Shown piece by piece: positions 20,196 through 31,960 of a stretch of DNA of 64,000 nucleotides. The notes beneath the pieces are model-generated. The model was not told the origin of the DNA and made no database searches. It saw only the letters and a list, made by a program, of their open reading frames with translations. The stretch's first letter is position 1; each line of letters begins with the position of its first letter. The position numbers were made by a program, and so were the translations under genes. Location: the NCBI GenBank assembly GCA_963842945.1, contig CAWJIM010000023.1, forward strand, positions 320,001-384,000, given 5' to 3'. The stretch is from an uncultured Gemmatimonadales bacterium. Its GTDB lineage: Bacteria > Gemmatimonadota > Gemmatimonadetes > Gemmatimonadales > GWC2-71-9.

Positions 20196-21518
20196 ATGCC
20201 GTCCACCTCGGGGGCCTATCGGGCTGTCATTCGGATCGGCACAGCGGTGGCTCCCGCACTGGGCCTTCTTCGTCCCCGAATCCGGGCCGGGCTGCGGGCC
20301 CGACTGAATGCCGGTGAACGGCTCCTGGACTGGTCCCGATCGCACCGGGACCTGAACCGAGCCCTCGTCTGGTTCCACGCGGCCTCGGTGGGAGAGGGCC
20401 GCCAGGCCGAGAGCGTGCTGCTCGCGCTGCGTCGACGCTGCCCCGAGTGCCAGATCGTGTATACCCATTTCAGTCCGTCTGCGGAGCAGCTGGCGGAGGG
20501 AATGGCCTCCGATGCTTCGGACTACCTCCCGTACGATCTCCCCGAGAACGTGGATCGGCTGCTGCGGGCACTCCAGCCCGACCTGCTGGTCTTTGCCAAG
20601 CTCGACGTCTGGCCCGAGCTGTCCACCCGAGCGGCCGGCAGCGGGGTCGACGTAGCTCTCATCGCGGCCACGGTAAGCCGTGGGAGCAGCCGTCTTGGCT
20701 GGCTCGCTCGGCGGCTGCTGGAAGCCGGTTACCGCGCCATCACTGCCGCCGCCGCGGTCGCGCCCGACGACGCGTCCCGGCTCGAGCTGTTGGGCGTTGC
20801 TCCGGAGCGGATCCAGATCCTGGGCGATCCACGCTTCGACAGCGTGGTCGCGCGAGTCAAGGCAGTCGCCTCCGACGACCCACTGCTCCGGCTGGGGGGC
20901 GGAGCGCCCACCCTGGTGGCCGGGTCGACCTGGCCCAAAGATGAGGCCGTTCTGCTCCGTGCCTTTGCCGGGGTGGTTCGAGAACGGCCCGATGCGAGAC
21001 TGATCCTGGTTCCCCACGAGCCCACCACCGCGCACCTGGCCCGGATCGAGCGGAGCACGCAGTCTCTCAAACTTCCGTCGCCGGTGCGGCTCAGTAACGC
21101 AACCGGAAGCGATTCCATCGTGCTGGGAGATCGAGTCGGGGTACTCGCGGCCCTGTATGGTGCGGGCACTATGGCGTACGTCGGGGGAGGCTTTGGGCGA
21201 GCCGGTCTCCACTCCGTGCTCGAGCCCGCTGCCTGGGGACTGCCGGTGCTGTTTGGTCCCCGCTGGCGGAACAGTCGTGACGCGGAGCTACTACTTCAGG
21301 CCGGCGCAGCCCGGTCTCTGACGCACGGCCGGGTGGGGCCGGCGGCTCAGGGGCTTCAGCGGCAGTGGCAGAGCTGGATCAGCGATGAAGGCGCTCGGGA
21401 GACCCAAGGCGCAATGGCGCGGGAGGTGGTGAATTCAGGAGTGGGTGCTTCGGAGCAAACCGCCGACCTGCTCGCCCAGCTTATTTCACGACGACGCCCT
21501 CGAAAGTTACGCTCCTAG
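20196..21518 (+). CDS. waaA: 3-deoxy-D-manno-octulosonic acid (Kdo) transferase
   Basis: WFHAASVGE, YLPYD, DVWPE, GDPRFD, LVAGSTW, LVPHEP, YVGGGF, SVLEPA. Confidence 0.9.
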   Translation: MPSTSGAYRAVIRIGTAVAPALGLLRPRIRAGLRARLNAGERLLDWSRSHRDLNRALVWFHAASVGEGRQAESVLLALRRRCPECQIVYTHFSPSAEQLAEGMASDASDYLPYDLPENVDRLLRALQPDLLVFAKLDVWPELSTRAAGSGVDVALIAATVSRGSSRLGWLARRLLEAGYRAITAAAAVAPDDASRLELLGVAPERIQILGDPRFDSVVARVKAVASDDPLLRLGGGAPTLVAGSTWPKDEAVLLRAFAGVVRERPDARLILVPHEPTTAHLARIERSTQSLKLPSPVRLSNATGSDSIVLGDRVGVLAALYGAGTMAYVGGGFGRAGLHSVLEPAAWGLPVLFGPRWRNSRDAELLLQAGAARSLTHGRVGPAAQGLQRQWQSWISDEGARETQGAMAREVVNSGVGASEQTADLLAQLISRRRPRKLRS

Positions 21519-21864
21519 GTACCAACAGACCTGCAGTCAAAATTGTGACCAGCACGTCGGGAAAGCGGCTGTGCACTGTGATCCGGAGATTTCCGACGGC
21601 GCTGCCTCCGGCCAGTTGGGCCGCAAGCGCTTTCCTTAACGAGGGTTCTTTAATCTTGGCCACACCCCATAAGGCAAACACGGCGTGAGACCTCACCTTG
21701 AAGTTTGCTCCTTGTAACGGTTGGTCGGCTGATGCAGCCATCGTAATCGGCACACCGAGCCTGGCAGCGTCGAACGTCTGGGAGCAGGCGGTCAGCGTGC
21801 CGACCAGGAGCAGGGCGGTAAGGATGAGGATCGAGAATGCCGGCCGGGCCCTCCGAACGATCAC
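21481..21864 (-). CDS. Small hypothetical lipoprotein
   Basis: Signal peptide with lipobox LTAC; coupled to the upstream gene (GTGA-type overlap). Confidence 0.7.
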   Translation of the reverse strand: MIVRRARPAFSILILTALLLVGTLTACSQTFDAARLGVPITMAASADQPLQGANFKVRSHAVFALWGVAKIKEPSLRKALAAQLAGGSAVGNLRITVHSRFPDVLVTILTAGLLVPRSVTFEGVVVK

Positions 21865-22539
21865 AGACCGGGAATCCGAAAGGCGTAGTGTGCACCCACG
21901 CCGAACACGCTGGGGTCGCCTCCATCGAGGAAGAGGCGGTCGTAGGCCGCGTGCAGCCCGAAGCCATTCAGCAGATTGAACTCGACTCCGCCGCCCAGGC
22001 CGAAATTGGTTTCCGTTTCGGACACGCCGCCTCCGGATACCTTCACCACATCTACCCGGGGAGCGATCCAGGGACGGATGGCCAACGCCGGGTTGGGAAT
22101 GGTAAGCGCGAACCCCAGACCTACGGGGAACCGCAGCTCCGTTTCATCGTCGGGAAGAATGGTGAGGTCGGGCTTGGAGTAGCCTATTCCGCCCTGAAGC
22201 GTCACCGAGAGCGGGACGAGCGGGCCGCCGATCACCCGGTAATTCAGCGTAGCGCCAAGCGAGACGTCGTTCTCACCGTTTCCTTCGGGATCGAAGGTGG
22301 AGACCATTGCGGTGGCGCCGAAAGCTCCGAATCCGGCCCGGCCGGTCAGCGCCATAGCCGGTGCCTTTGCCCGCCTCCTCATCCGGGAAGCCCACATCGC
22401 CATAGAGCGCGATGCCCGAGGCAACGCCGCTGTTGTACACGGGGATGCCGCGAACCTGGGCCACTGCTACTGGGCTGCCAGCGGTGAGGCACAGCGTCAG
22501 GCTCGCGATCGCGAGAGCCGCCTGGGCGCATTGTCTCAT
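21861..22539 (-). CDS. Outer membrane beta-barrel protein (frameshifted)
   Basis: Signal peptide MRQCAQAALAIA..; alternating Gly/aromatic strands; ends FGVGAHYAFRIPGL. Confidence 0.7.
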
Positions 22540-22615
22540 CGTCGTCTCCAGAGTTAGCGGAACTCCGCCGGATGGGGCGGCGCGCCAGAAGCTAGTCCGG
22601 GCTCTGCCCCAATGC

Positions 22616-22646
22616 AAACGCCCGCCCGCGATATCGCGGACGGGCG
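22616..22646 (-). terminator. Probable terminator after atp operon plus first barrel gene
   Basis: CGCCCGTCCGCGATATCGCGGGCGGGCG hairpin followed by TTT on the minus strand. Confidence 0.6.
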
Positions 22647-22662
22647 GAGGCTCACAGCGGAG

Positions 22663-23304
22663 TTATTTGATGTACGTTGCTGCTATGCCGAGACCTTCGA
22701 TGTCACCCACACCACCACTGACCCGCACTCCGAAGTTCTGGCTGAACCGCATGTCCACACCCAGACCCAGCGCGAAATCCACATTGCTGTCGCCGCCGCC
22801 GAAGGTCGGGACGAGTACCGGATGGGCGTAGGGAGTAAAGGTGGTTTTCGAATTTTCCAAATCGAAGCGCCGGCCAAGCGAGAAGCCGACCGGAATGTAA
22901 TAGGCATCATCGCCATCACCCACGTTGGCGCCGAGGCCCACGGTGAGAGCCCCATCCAGGGGGAAGCTTTCACTGTACTGGACAATGCGGGTGCGGAAAT
23001 CTCCGCCGAGGAGGACCCGGGTACCGCCCCCGATTTCTGTCCCGCTAAAGGTCTCATCGGACAACTCAGACCAGCCACCACGAATGCTGAAGTCGTAGGG
23101 TCCCTTCCCGTAGGAATAGAACCCTTCCATTGCGTAGGACACTCCTTCGCCCGGATCAGAAAACGCAGCGCCGAACTCATGATTGGTGAACGCCCGGTAC
23201 GGCGCCTTGAACATCGGCGTTCCGGTCTCCTGCGCCGCCGAATCGGTCACCCACAACGCGACCGCCGCTGCCACCAGGATCCCGCCGCAGAGCTTACGAC
23301 GCAT
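22663..23304 (-). CDS. Outer membrane beta-barrel protein
   Basis: Signal peptide MRRKLCGGILVAAA..AQ; amphipathic strands; C-terminal ATYIK. Confidence 0.75.
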   Translation of the reverse strand: MRRKLCGGILVAAAVALWVTDSAAQETGTPMFKAPYRAFTNHEFGAAFSDPGEGVSYAMEGFYSYGKGPYDFSIRGGWSELSDETFSGTEIGGGTRVLLGGDFRTRIVQYSESFPLDGALTVGLGANVGDGDDAYYIPVGFSLGRRFDLENSKTTFTPYAHPVLVPTFGGGDSNVDFALGLGVDMRFSQNFGVRVSGGVGDIEGLGIAATYIK

Positions 23305-23553
23305 GAGATTCTCCTTGTACGTGTTCGGTGACCACGCGCACCCGATTGTCGACGACCTGCAGGAATCCGCCACGTATGGAGAAGCGACTGACGGTTTCGC
23401 CGCGGCGGACCGTCAGAGAACCCTCACCCAGCAGTGTCATGAACGGTGCGTGGTTCGGCAGGATGCCGACCTGTCCGTCAAAGGCGGGCACGACCACCGC
23501 GTCCGCCTCACCGTCGAACATAGATTTCTCGGGGGAGATCACCGTGACCTGCA

Positions 23554-23554
<1 letters not shown>
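23294..23554 (-). CDS. atpC: ATP synthase F1 epsilon, short form
   Basis: VISPEK, GQVGILPNHAPF, GGFLQV; TGATG overlap with atpD. Confidence 0.93.
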
Positions 23555-25029
<1,475 letters not shown>

Positions 25030-25072
25030 TCAGTGTGATTGTCGTCCTGCTTTTCTCGCCTCGCTGCCCCGC

Positions 25073-26014
25073 CTATCCTTGCAACGCCGCCGCGCCGCCG
25101 ACGATCTCCGAGATCTCCTGAGTGATCTGCGCCTGCCGTTGGCGGTTGTAGGTGCGCTTCAGAAGCTCGAGGATCTCGCCCGCGTTGTCGGTGGCGTTCT
25201 TCATGGCGGTGCGGCGGGCGCCGTGTTCGGCCGCCGCCGTCTCGACCAACCCGCGATACACCATGTTCTTCACATATAGCGGAAGCAGCTCCTGCAGAAT
25301 CGCCTCGGCACTCGGCGCCAGGATGTAATTCGCCACCATCTTGCTCTGCCCCTCTGCCTCGCCGCCCCGCTGCCCCGCGGATATCCCCCCTTCCCCACCT
25401 CCCCGCTTCCCTAGCACTTGTTCTACCGGAAGGATTCGCACCGTCGTGGGAGGCGTCTGCAGCGCGCTGATGAACCGGGCCTGAACCAGCTCGACGCTTC
25501 CCAGTTCCCCCGCGGCGTATGCCTCGATGAGCGGGGCCACGATCTCCGCCGCATGCTCTGCGGTGGGGCGGTCGCCGATATCCATCCGTTCCAGGGAGAG
25601 CTTCCGCCCCAGATACTTGAAGAACCCGATCCCCTTCTTGCCGATCCCGTAGAGGTCGACCGTGTACCCCTGCTCTTCCAGCGCCTCGATCCGGCGGCGT
25701 GCTTCCTTGATGAGATTGGAATTGAAACCGCCGGCCAGCCCGCGGTTCGAGGTGAGCAGAATGAGGGCGGCCCGCTGCGGACCTCCCTTGGACGGAGGGG
25801 CGGGCTGCCGCAGCAAGGGAAACTGGTCGGCTAGATCAGGAGTGAAGAGATCGGCGATGACCTCGCGCAGAGCCTCGGCGTAGGGACGCGCAGCCACCAC
25901 CCGGTCCTGAGCCCGCTTCAACCTCGAGGTGGCGACCAGCTCCATCGTCCTGGTGATCTTGCGGGTGTTCTGGACGGAGCGAATCCGCCCCTTGAGCTGC
26001 CGGCTCTTAGCCAT
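25073..26014 (-). CDS. atpG: ATP synthase F1 gamma
   Basis: [47 protein letters not shown]. Confidence 0.98.
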   Translation of the reverse strand: MAKSRQLKGRIRSVQNTRKITRTMELVATSRLKRAQDRVVAARPYAEALREVIADLFTPDLADQFPLLRQPAPPSKGGPQRAALILLTSNRGLAGGFNSNLIKEARRRIEALEEQGYTVDLYGIGKKGIGFFKYLGRKLSLERMDIGDRPTAEHAAEIVAPLIEAYAAGELGSVELVQARFISALQTPPTTVRILPVEQVLGKRGGGEGGISAGQRGGEAEGQSKMVANYILAPSAEAILQELLPLYVKNMVYRGLVETAAAEHGARRTAMKNATDNAGEILELLKRTYNRQRQAQITQEISEIVGGAAALQG

Positions 26015-27590
26015 GCTCGGGCGCGAACATCGGCTTGAACGCGGTTATCGCCGACTTGAGCCGGTTGGTCAAGTCGTCATCCAGTGCCTTCTTGGTCCGG
26101 ATGTCGTTTAGGACCGCTGGATGGTTCGCCTCGAGGTAATCCAGGAAGTCCTGTTCCCACTGCCGGATGTGCGCCACGTCTACGTCGTCCAGGTAGCCGT
26201 TGGTCACGGCGAAGATGATCACGACCTGCTTTTCGACCGGCACCGGACGATACTGGGGCTGCTTCAGCACCTCGACCAGACGGGCCCCGCGCTGGAGCTG
26301 ACGCTGCGTTGCAGCGTCGAGATCCGATCCGAACTGCGCAAACGCCTCCAGCTCGCGATACTGGGCCAGGCTGAGCCGAAGCGGTCCGGCCACCTGCTTC
26401 ATCGCCTTGATCTGCGCGTTTCCACCGACCCGGCTCACGCTGATGCCGGCATCCACCGCCGGCCGCACGTTGGAGTAGAACAGGTCGGTGGTCAGGAAGA
26501 TCTGACCATCGGTGATGGAGATGACGTTGGTGGGGATGTACGCCGAGACGTCGCCCGCCTGGGTCTCGATGATGGGAAGCGCGGTGAGCGAGCCCCCCGG
26601 CTTCTTGATTCGGGGGTCGAACCGGATCGTCTCCGCGTTCTCGTTGATCTTGGCGGCCCGCTCCAGCAGCCGGCTGTGGAGGTAGAACACGTCGCCGGGA
26701 TAAGCCTCGCGGCCCGGGGGGCGGCGGAGAATCAGGGAGAGCTGCCGGTACGCCGCCGCCTGCTTGGATAGGTCGTCGTACACGCAGAGCGTCGCTTTCC
26801 CTTCCTCATACATGAAGTACTCGGCGAGGGCGCAGCCCGCGTAAGGCGCGATGTACTGTAGCGGCGCGGGGTCGGACGCAGAGGCGACCACCACAATGCT
26901 GAATTCCATGGCGCCGGCATTCCGGAGCTTTTCCACCACGTTGGCCACGGTCGAACGCTTCTGCCCGATGGCGACGTACACGCACACCACACCGGTGCCC
27001 TTCTGGTTGATGATCGTGTCCACCGCGATGGCCGTCTTTCCGGTGCCCCGATCGCCGATGATCAGCTCGCGCTGGCCTCGGCCGATCGGGATCATGGCGT
27101 CGATGGCCTTGATGCCGGTCTGCAGCGGCTCCTTCACCGGCTGCCGTACGATGATGCCCGGCGCGACCATCTCGACCTGACGGCGGCCGGTGGTCTGGAT
27201 CGGTCCCCGGCCGTCAACCGGCTCACCGAGAGCGTTCACCACCCGGCCCAGCATGGCCGGGCCCACTGGCACGTCGAGCAGGCGTCCGGTCCGGCGAACC
27301 TCATCGCCTTCTTTCAGCTTGAGGTAGTCGCCCATGATGGCAGCGCCGACGTTGTCTTCTTCGAGGTTCAGCACCAGGCCGGCCACGGTCTCCCCGGTTT
27401 CCTGGGCAGTGAACTCCAGCATCTCGCTGGCGATGGCGCTCTTGAGGCCATAAATGCGGGCGACGCCGTCGCGAACTTCGAGCACGGTGCCGACTTCGCT
27501 GACATCTTCGGTGGTGAGGTCCGCAGAGGCGATCTCGCGCAGCAGGATCTCCTTGAGCTCGCCGGGACGCAGAATGGATTCAGTGGCCAT
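26007..27590 (-). CDS. atpA: ATP synthase F1 alpha
   Basis: [38 protein letters not shown]. Confidence 0.99.
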   Translation of the reverse strand: MATESILRPGELKEILLREIASADLTTEDVSEVGTVLEVRDGVARIYGLKSAIASEMLEFTAQETGETVAGLVLNLEEDNVGAAIMGDYLKLKEGDEVRRTGRLLDVPVGPAMLGRVVNALGEPVDGRGPIQTTGRRQVEMVAPGIIVRQPVKEPLQTGIKAIDAMIPIGRGQRELIIGDRGTGKTAIAVDTIINQKGTGVVCVYVAIGQKRSTVANVVEKLRNAGAMEFSIVVVASASDPAPLQYIAPYAGCALAEYFMYEEGKATLCVYDDLSKQAAAYRQLSLILRRPPGREAYPGDVFYLHSRLLERAAKINENAETIRFDPRIKKPGGSLTALPIIETQAGDVSAYIPTNVISITDGQIFLTTDLFYSNVRPAVDAGISVSRVGGNAQIKAMKQVAGPLRLSLAQYRELEAFAQFGSDLDAATQRQLQRGARLVEVLKQPQYRPVPVEKQVVIIFAVTNGYLDDVDVAHIRQWEQDFLDYLEANHPAVLNDIRTKKALDDDLTNRLKSAITAFKPMFAPEHG

Positions 27591-27629
27591 GGGTCTCGAA
27601 CAGGGCTAAAGGTAGGCTTCTAAGATAGC

Positions 27630-27647
27630 TTGTGAAAATAGTCACAA
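27630..27647. promoter_or_regulatory. Rex/CRP-like palindromic operator upstream of atpA
   Basis: TTGTGA-AAATAG-TCACAA, perfect 6-bp arms, about 40 nt upstream of the atpA start. Confidence 0.65.
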
Positions 27648-27675
27648 TGGTAGGCGCGCGGTAGACGGAAGACAG

Positions 27676-27768
27676 ATGGGCAGAGCGGGGCAGCGGGGCA
27701 GCGGGGCAGCGGGGCAGAAGCTGAGTCCTTCGTCAGCTCACTGCTGCCTTGCTGCCCCGCTTACCCTC
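27676..27768. repeat. (GCGGGGCA)4 palindromic element
   Basis: Four 8-mer units, small hairpin AGCTGA..TCAGCT, inverted TGCCTTGC TGCCCCGC. Confidence 0.85.
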
Positions 27769-28535
27769 AGGCCCTGCTTCTTGTATTCCCTCGGGCAAAC
27801 GCCGACAAGCACACCTCGCGGTCCCAATTTGCCAAGCTCCGGAATTGATGCGTTCGCTATCCGGCGCGCGGTGCTGGCGAGGTGATCGGCGGACGCGAAG
27901 TTCAGCACCCGCACCACCATGGGGACCGTGTAGCCGGGGTTGCCGAGCAGCTGGGCCGCGCAGGCAATCCGGTTCAGATCGATCACCCGCTTCAGATTCG
28001 GCGCGCCCCCTGCCCCAAACTGCCGAGACAGGTGTTCGCGGCTGACCCGGAGCCGGCTGGCGAGCGCGCTGGTGCGAATGGGGCGCTCCACCTCTCCCAG
28101 CAGGAGGTCCCAGGCCGCCCGCTGGATCTTCTCAGTCAGCCGGAGCACCCGGGGTCCGTCGGCCAGCGCGCGTCGGCGCTCTGCGGTCATGGAAGCGCGC
28201 ACCACCAGCTCACCGACAATGGGATCGTCCACCCCCTCCACTGCGACGGCGGCAACCGCATTGCGGCAGGCCAAGAGCAACTCGCCGTCGTCGGGGCGAA
28301 AGGGTGCGTAGGCGACCAGAGGGACCAGAGGAAGTCGAGCTCGCCACTGAGAGAGCTCGGGCAGGAGGACGGGTTGAGGCGCCAGGACCACAGCGTCGAT
28401 CAACCGCTTTTCCATCAGAAGCTGAAGGGCCTTGGCGCTCCGGCAGGTCACCACCCGGGGCCCGCCTTTGGGAAGACTTCTTCGCAGCGATGTCAGCGCG
28501 GCCCGGCTTTCCAGCAACGCGGCAATCGCGGGCAT
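27738..28535 (-). CDS. AraC-type HTH regulator with receiver-like N-terminus
   Basis: LASRLRVSREHLSRQF, RIACAAQLL, LNFASADHL; 3' end may be frameshifted. Confidence 0.7.
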   Translation of the reverse strand: MPAIAALLESRAALTSLRRSLPKGGPRVVTCRSAKALQLLMEKRLIDAVVLAPQPVLLPELSQWRARLPLVPLVAYAPFRPDDGELLLACRNAVAAVAVEGVDDPIVGELVVRASMTAERRRALADGPRVLRLTEKIQRAAWDLLLGEVERPIRTSALASRLRVSREHLSRQFGAGGAPNLKRVIDLNRIACAAQLLGNPGYTVPMVVRVLNFASADHLASTARRIANASIPELGKLGPRGVLVGVCPREYKKQGLRVSGAARQQ

Positions 28536-28536
28536 G

Positions 28537-29196
28537 CTAGTCGGCGGTACGGCGGTACGGCGGTAAGGCGGTAGTTCCGGGGGAAAGCGCCTCCTGATTC
28601 ACACCTTCCGTCGTTCCGTCATTGTCCTTCCGCGTCCCGTCGTTCCGTCGTCCCGTCGTCCCGTCGTTCCGTCCTTCCGTCGTCCCGTCGTCCCGTCCCT
28701 CCGCCCCCTGATCGACTGACCGCCTGACCGCCTGACCGCCTGCCCCGGCCCCCACCGCTACCAGAGTCCGCACCATCTCCCCGGCCCGCTTGAGCACGCC
28801 CCGCGCGTTATCGTAGCTCAGGATCTCCAGCGCCTCAGGCAGCGGCCTCCACTGGCAGGCGGTGATCCCCTCATCGACCTGGGGACACACCTCGCCTTCC
28901 GGACTCTCGAACAGAAAAAAGTGACAGTACTTGTGGATGTGGCGGCCGCGGAAGCGGAAGTGCCAGTCGATCACCCTGATCGGTCCCTGCAGCACGAGTT
29001 GCTGGAGCCCGGTTTCCTCGGCGGTTTCCCGCAGAGCAGCCTCCGCGGGCGACTCGTCTCCTTCGAGGTGTCCCTTGGGGAAACCCCAGTTGTTGTAGGA
29101 ATCGCGAATCAGCAGGTATCGCGGTACCTCCCCCGGAACCCGGCGGAACACGATGCCTCCGGCGCTCACCTCCAGCTCGGCGCGACGTTTACTCAT
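28537..29196 (-). CDS. NUDIX hydrolase (Ap4A hydrolase-like) with repeat-derived tail
   Basis: SAGGIVF, WGFPKGHLEGDESPAEAALRETAEETG (Nudix box). Confidence 0.9.
   Translation of the reverse strand: MSKRRAELEVSAGGIVFRRVPGEVPRYLLIRDSYNNWGFPKGHLEGDESPAEAALRETAEETGLQQLVLQGPIRVIDWHFRFRGRHIHKYCHFFLFESPEGEVCPQVDEGITACQWRPLPEALEILSYDNARGVLKRAGEMVRTLVAVGAGAGGQAVRRSVDQGAEGRDDGTTEGRNDGTTGRRNDGTRKDNDGTTEGVNQEALSPGTTALPPYRRTAD
28540..28745. repeat. Composite 8-mer repeat element inside the NUDIX 3' end
   Basis: (GGCGGTAC)n on +, about ten GACGGRAS units on -, and inverted (ACCGCCTG)3. Confidence 0.8.
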
Positions 29197-30203
29197 CAGA
29201 ACACGGAGATCTTGAGATACTTCTTGGGGTCGGCCTCGATGGCCTTGATCAGCTCGCGGAATTGCACCACGGTTTTCGTGGTTTCCAGGTACAAGGTAGA
29301 ATCGCTGGTCAGCAACCCGATCGTCCCGCTGCCGGTCTGCAAGCGGGTCATCAGCGAGTCAGCTGCCTGGACCACCCGCACCAGGCTGGCTTCGTTCGAT
29401 CGGGCCGCGGCCATGACCGAGCGCAGATCGGCAGCCGCGGCGCGAACGTCCGCGCTGGAGTTCCGGGAGTTTTCCAGGATATCGCGCAGCTGGTTGTCAT
29501 TGGTTGCGCTGTCCAGCCGGGCCACTGCACCCTCAAATGTCCGCGCTACGCCGGAGAACGCATCCGAAGTATTCGCGACGTTCTGCCCTACCCGTTCCAT
29601 CCGAACGGTTTGAGCGTGGGCAAACTTCACCAGACGGGCCGAGATGGCCGCCAGATCCTTCACGCTCTGCTGCAGATTCTTGAGCGCGGTGCTGTCGAAC
29701 GCCTGCCCGATGCGCTGGGTCACGTCGGCCACGTCTCCCGCGATCCGGCTGGCCTGGGCGGTGAGCTGCCCGATGTCCGGCAGGGTGGCTCCGGGCCAGG
29801 CCTCCCCGCCGGCGCGATCCGATTCAATCAGCGCATTCCGCAGGTTGGGGTCAACCGGCAACGGCTCGAAGGGAACGATATTGGCCGTCCATTCGCCGAA
29901 GAGACTGGCTGAAGCGGAGATCACCGCCGGATTGCGGGGCAGCACGACGCTCCGGTCGATGCTGAACTCGGTCTCGACCCACTCGTTCTCTACCAGGCGA
30001 ATGGCCTCCACCCGTCCGACCTTGACGCCCCGGAGCGTCACCGGTCCGCCCACCCCCAGACCGCCCACGGTCCGGAAACGGGCGGCATAGGTGGTCTGCT
30101 TCTGGTTGACGTCGGTCTCGCTCAGCCAGAGCGCTCCGCCGATCACCAGCGCCAGCGCTGCGAGCACGGCGAGCCCGACGGCAAATTCGTTGCTGCGCTT
30201 CAC
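29196..30203 (-). CDS. mlaD: MCE/MlaD family protein
   Basis: N-terminal TM, GGLGVGGPVTLRGVKVGRV, long helical region, GTIGLL..D..LY. Confidence 0.9.
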   Translation of the reverse strand: MKRSNEFAVGLAVLAALALVIGGALWLSETDVNQKQTTYAARFRTVGGLGVGGPVTLRGVKVGRVEAIRLVENEWVETEFSIDRSVVLPRNPAVISASASLFGEWTANIVPFEPLPVDPNLRNALIESDRAGGEAWPGATLPDIGQLTAQASRIAGDVADVTQRIGQAFDSTALKNLQQSVKDLAAISARLVKFAHAQTVRMERVGQNVANTSDAFSGVARTFEGAVARLDSATNDNQLRDILENSRNSSADVRAAAADLRSVMAAARSNEASLVRVVQAADSLMTRLQTGSGTIGLLTSDSTLYLETTKTVVQFRELIKAIEADPKKYLKISVF

Positions 30204-30965
30204 CCGACGGACCTCCGCAACGTGGGCTCGACCAGAGCAGGGCCGGGTCGCCCCTCGATGAACTGGCGCACCACAGGATCGTCCGAGGCTCGCACCTCGT
30301 CAACGGAACCGGTGTGCCGGATGGCTGCCCTGATGCAGCAGGGCGATGCGGTCGCCCACGGTGAAGGCGCTCCGCATGTCGTGAGTGACCACGAGCCCGG
30401 TGACGCCGAGATCGCGCGTCCGAATGATGAGTTGGTCCATCACCGCGGCGGTGATGGGGTCGAGACCGGTAGTGGGTTCGTCATATAGAATGTAGCGCGG
30501 CTTGAGGGCGATCGCCCGCGCGATGCCCACCCGCTTCCGCATGCCGCCGGAGAGCTCGCTGGGCAGCTTGTCCTCAGTCCCGCTGAGCTCCACCACCCTG
30601 AGGCTCTCCTCCACCCGGGCCCGGATCTCCGCCGAACCATAGCCCCGGCGTACCAGCCCCAGGCCGATGTTCTCGGCCACGGTCATGGAGTCGAAGCAGC
30701 GCGGCGAACTGGAAGACGTACCCGATCCGGCCCCGGAGCGCCGCCAGTTGCTCCCGGTCGAGCTCCTGCACGTCTTCACTGTCGACCAGACACCCGGCCG
30801 CCATCGGGCTCGATGCAGCCCCACGATCAGCTTGAGCGTGACGCTCTTCCCCGCTCCGGACGCCCCGATGATGACGGTGTTCTGCCCGTCGGGCACCTCG
30901 AGCGACACGCCGTTCAGGACGGTGCGGGCGCCGAAGCACTTGGTGAGGTGGTCGAGGAGGATCAT
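30200..30965 (-). CDS. mlaF: MlaF-like ABC ATPase (frameshifted)
   Basis: GASGAGKS, IGYVFQFAAL, LSGGMRKRVGIARA, LYDEPTTGLDP, VTHD, DDPVVRQFIEG. Confidence 0.9.
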
Positions 30966-31075
30966 GGGAGGGGGCAGCGAGGCAGCGGGGCTGCTGGGCA
31001 GTAACAGCACACCACCCGAGTATGATTAAGCTTGCAATCTACCGCCCCGCCGCCCTGCTGCCCCTCTGCCCCGCC
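30966..31075. repeat. Palindromic 8-mer element between mlaE and mlaF
   Basis: GGGGGCA GCGAGGCA GCGGGGCT GCTGGGCA ... CGCCCCGC CGCCCTGC TGCCCCTC TGCCCCGC. Confidence 0.75.
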
Positions 31076-31840
31076 TCATAGCAGCACCAGCGCCCAGAAC
31101 GCGTCCAGCACCAGAATCGCTTCGCAGCCCAGCACCACCGCGCGGGTGGTGGACTGCCCGACTCCCTCGGCTCCACCCTCGGCGGCGAGGCCGCGCAAGC
31201 ATCCCATCAGCGCCACGGCGCCGCCGAAGCTGGCGCTCTTGACCAGTCCGAACCAGATGTCCTTGAAGCGGTAGAACAGCTTCAGCCCCTTGAAGAAGTC
31301 GGGACTGGAGAGATCGAGCAGATTGATGGCGGTGATCCAGCCGGAGGCGACGCCCACCGCCCATGGCAAAGGCGGTGACCACCGGAAACATCAGGTGGCG
31401 GCCAGCACCCGGGGGACGACGAGGTAGGCATAGCGGTCGTAGGCCAGCGTCTCCAGCGCATCCACCTGTTCGGTCACCTTCATCGTTCCCAGCTCGGCGG
31501 CAATGCTGGCCCCCACCCGTCCGGCCAGGGCCATCCCGGTCAGCACCGGCCCCAGCTCCATCATGATGGTTTTCCCCACCAGCGCTCCCACGAAGTAGAG
31601 CGGAACGGTACCGGTGAAGATGTAGGAGGAGAGGAGCGAGAGGACGATGCCGGTGAAGACCGCGATGAAAAGCGCGATCGGCACCGAATCCACGCCCAGC
31701 CGCCGCATCTGGTTGGCCAGCAGCGGGGGCCAGGTCCGCGACATCCGCCAGCGCGCGACCCGCTTCGATGCTGCGGCGGCCCACGATGCGCAATGAAGCC
31801 CTGCCGCGGCGGGAGGCCGAGGAGCCACGGGTGCAATCAC
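31076..31840 (-). CDS. mlaE: MlaE-like ABC permease (frameshifted)
   Basis: GVDSVPI, ELGPVLTG..LAGRVGASIAAELGTMKVTEQVDALE, GGAEGVGQSTTRAVV. Confidence 0.9.
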
Positions 31841-31851
31841 GGCGGAAGCTA

Positions 31852-31956
31852 AGCGGGGAGGCTGTGGGCAGCAGGGCAGCGGGTAGTGGCAGTGACAAAG
31901 CTCGACCCGATGTCGCCGTGGCTGCCCAGCTGCCCCGCATGCCCCGCTGCCCCGCC
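31852..31956. repeat. Palindromic 8-mer element between sigma gene and mlaE
   Basis: GCGGGGAG..GCAGGGCA GCGGGTAG ... TGCCCAGC TGCCCCGC ATGCCCCGC TGCCCCGC. Confidence 0.75.
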
Positions 31957-31960
31957 TTCG

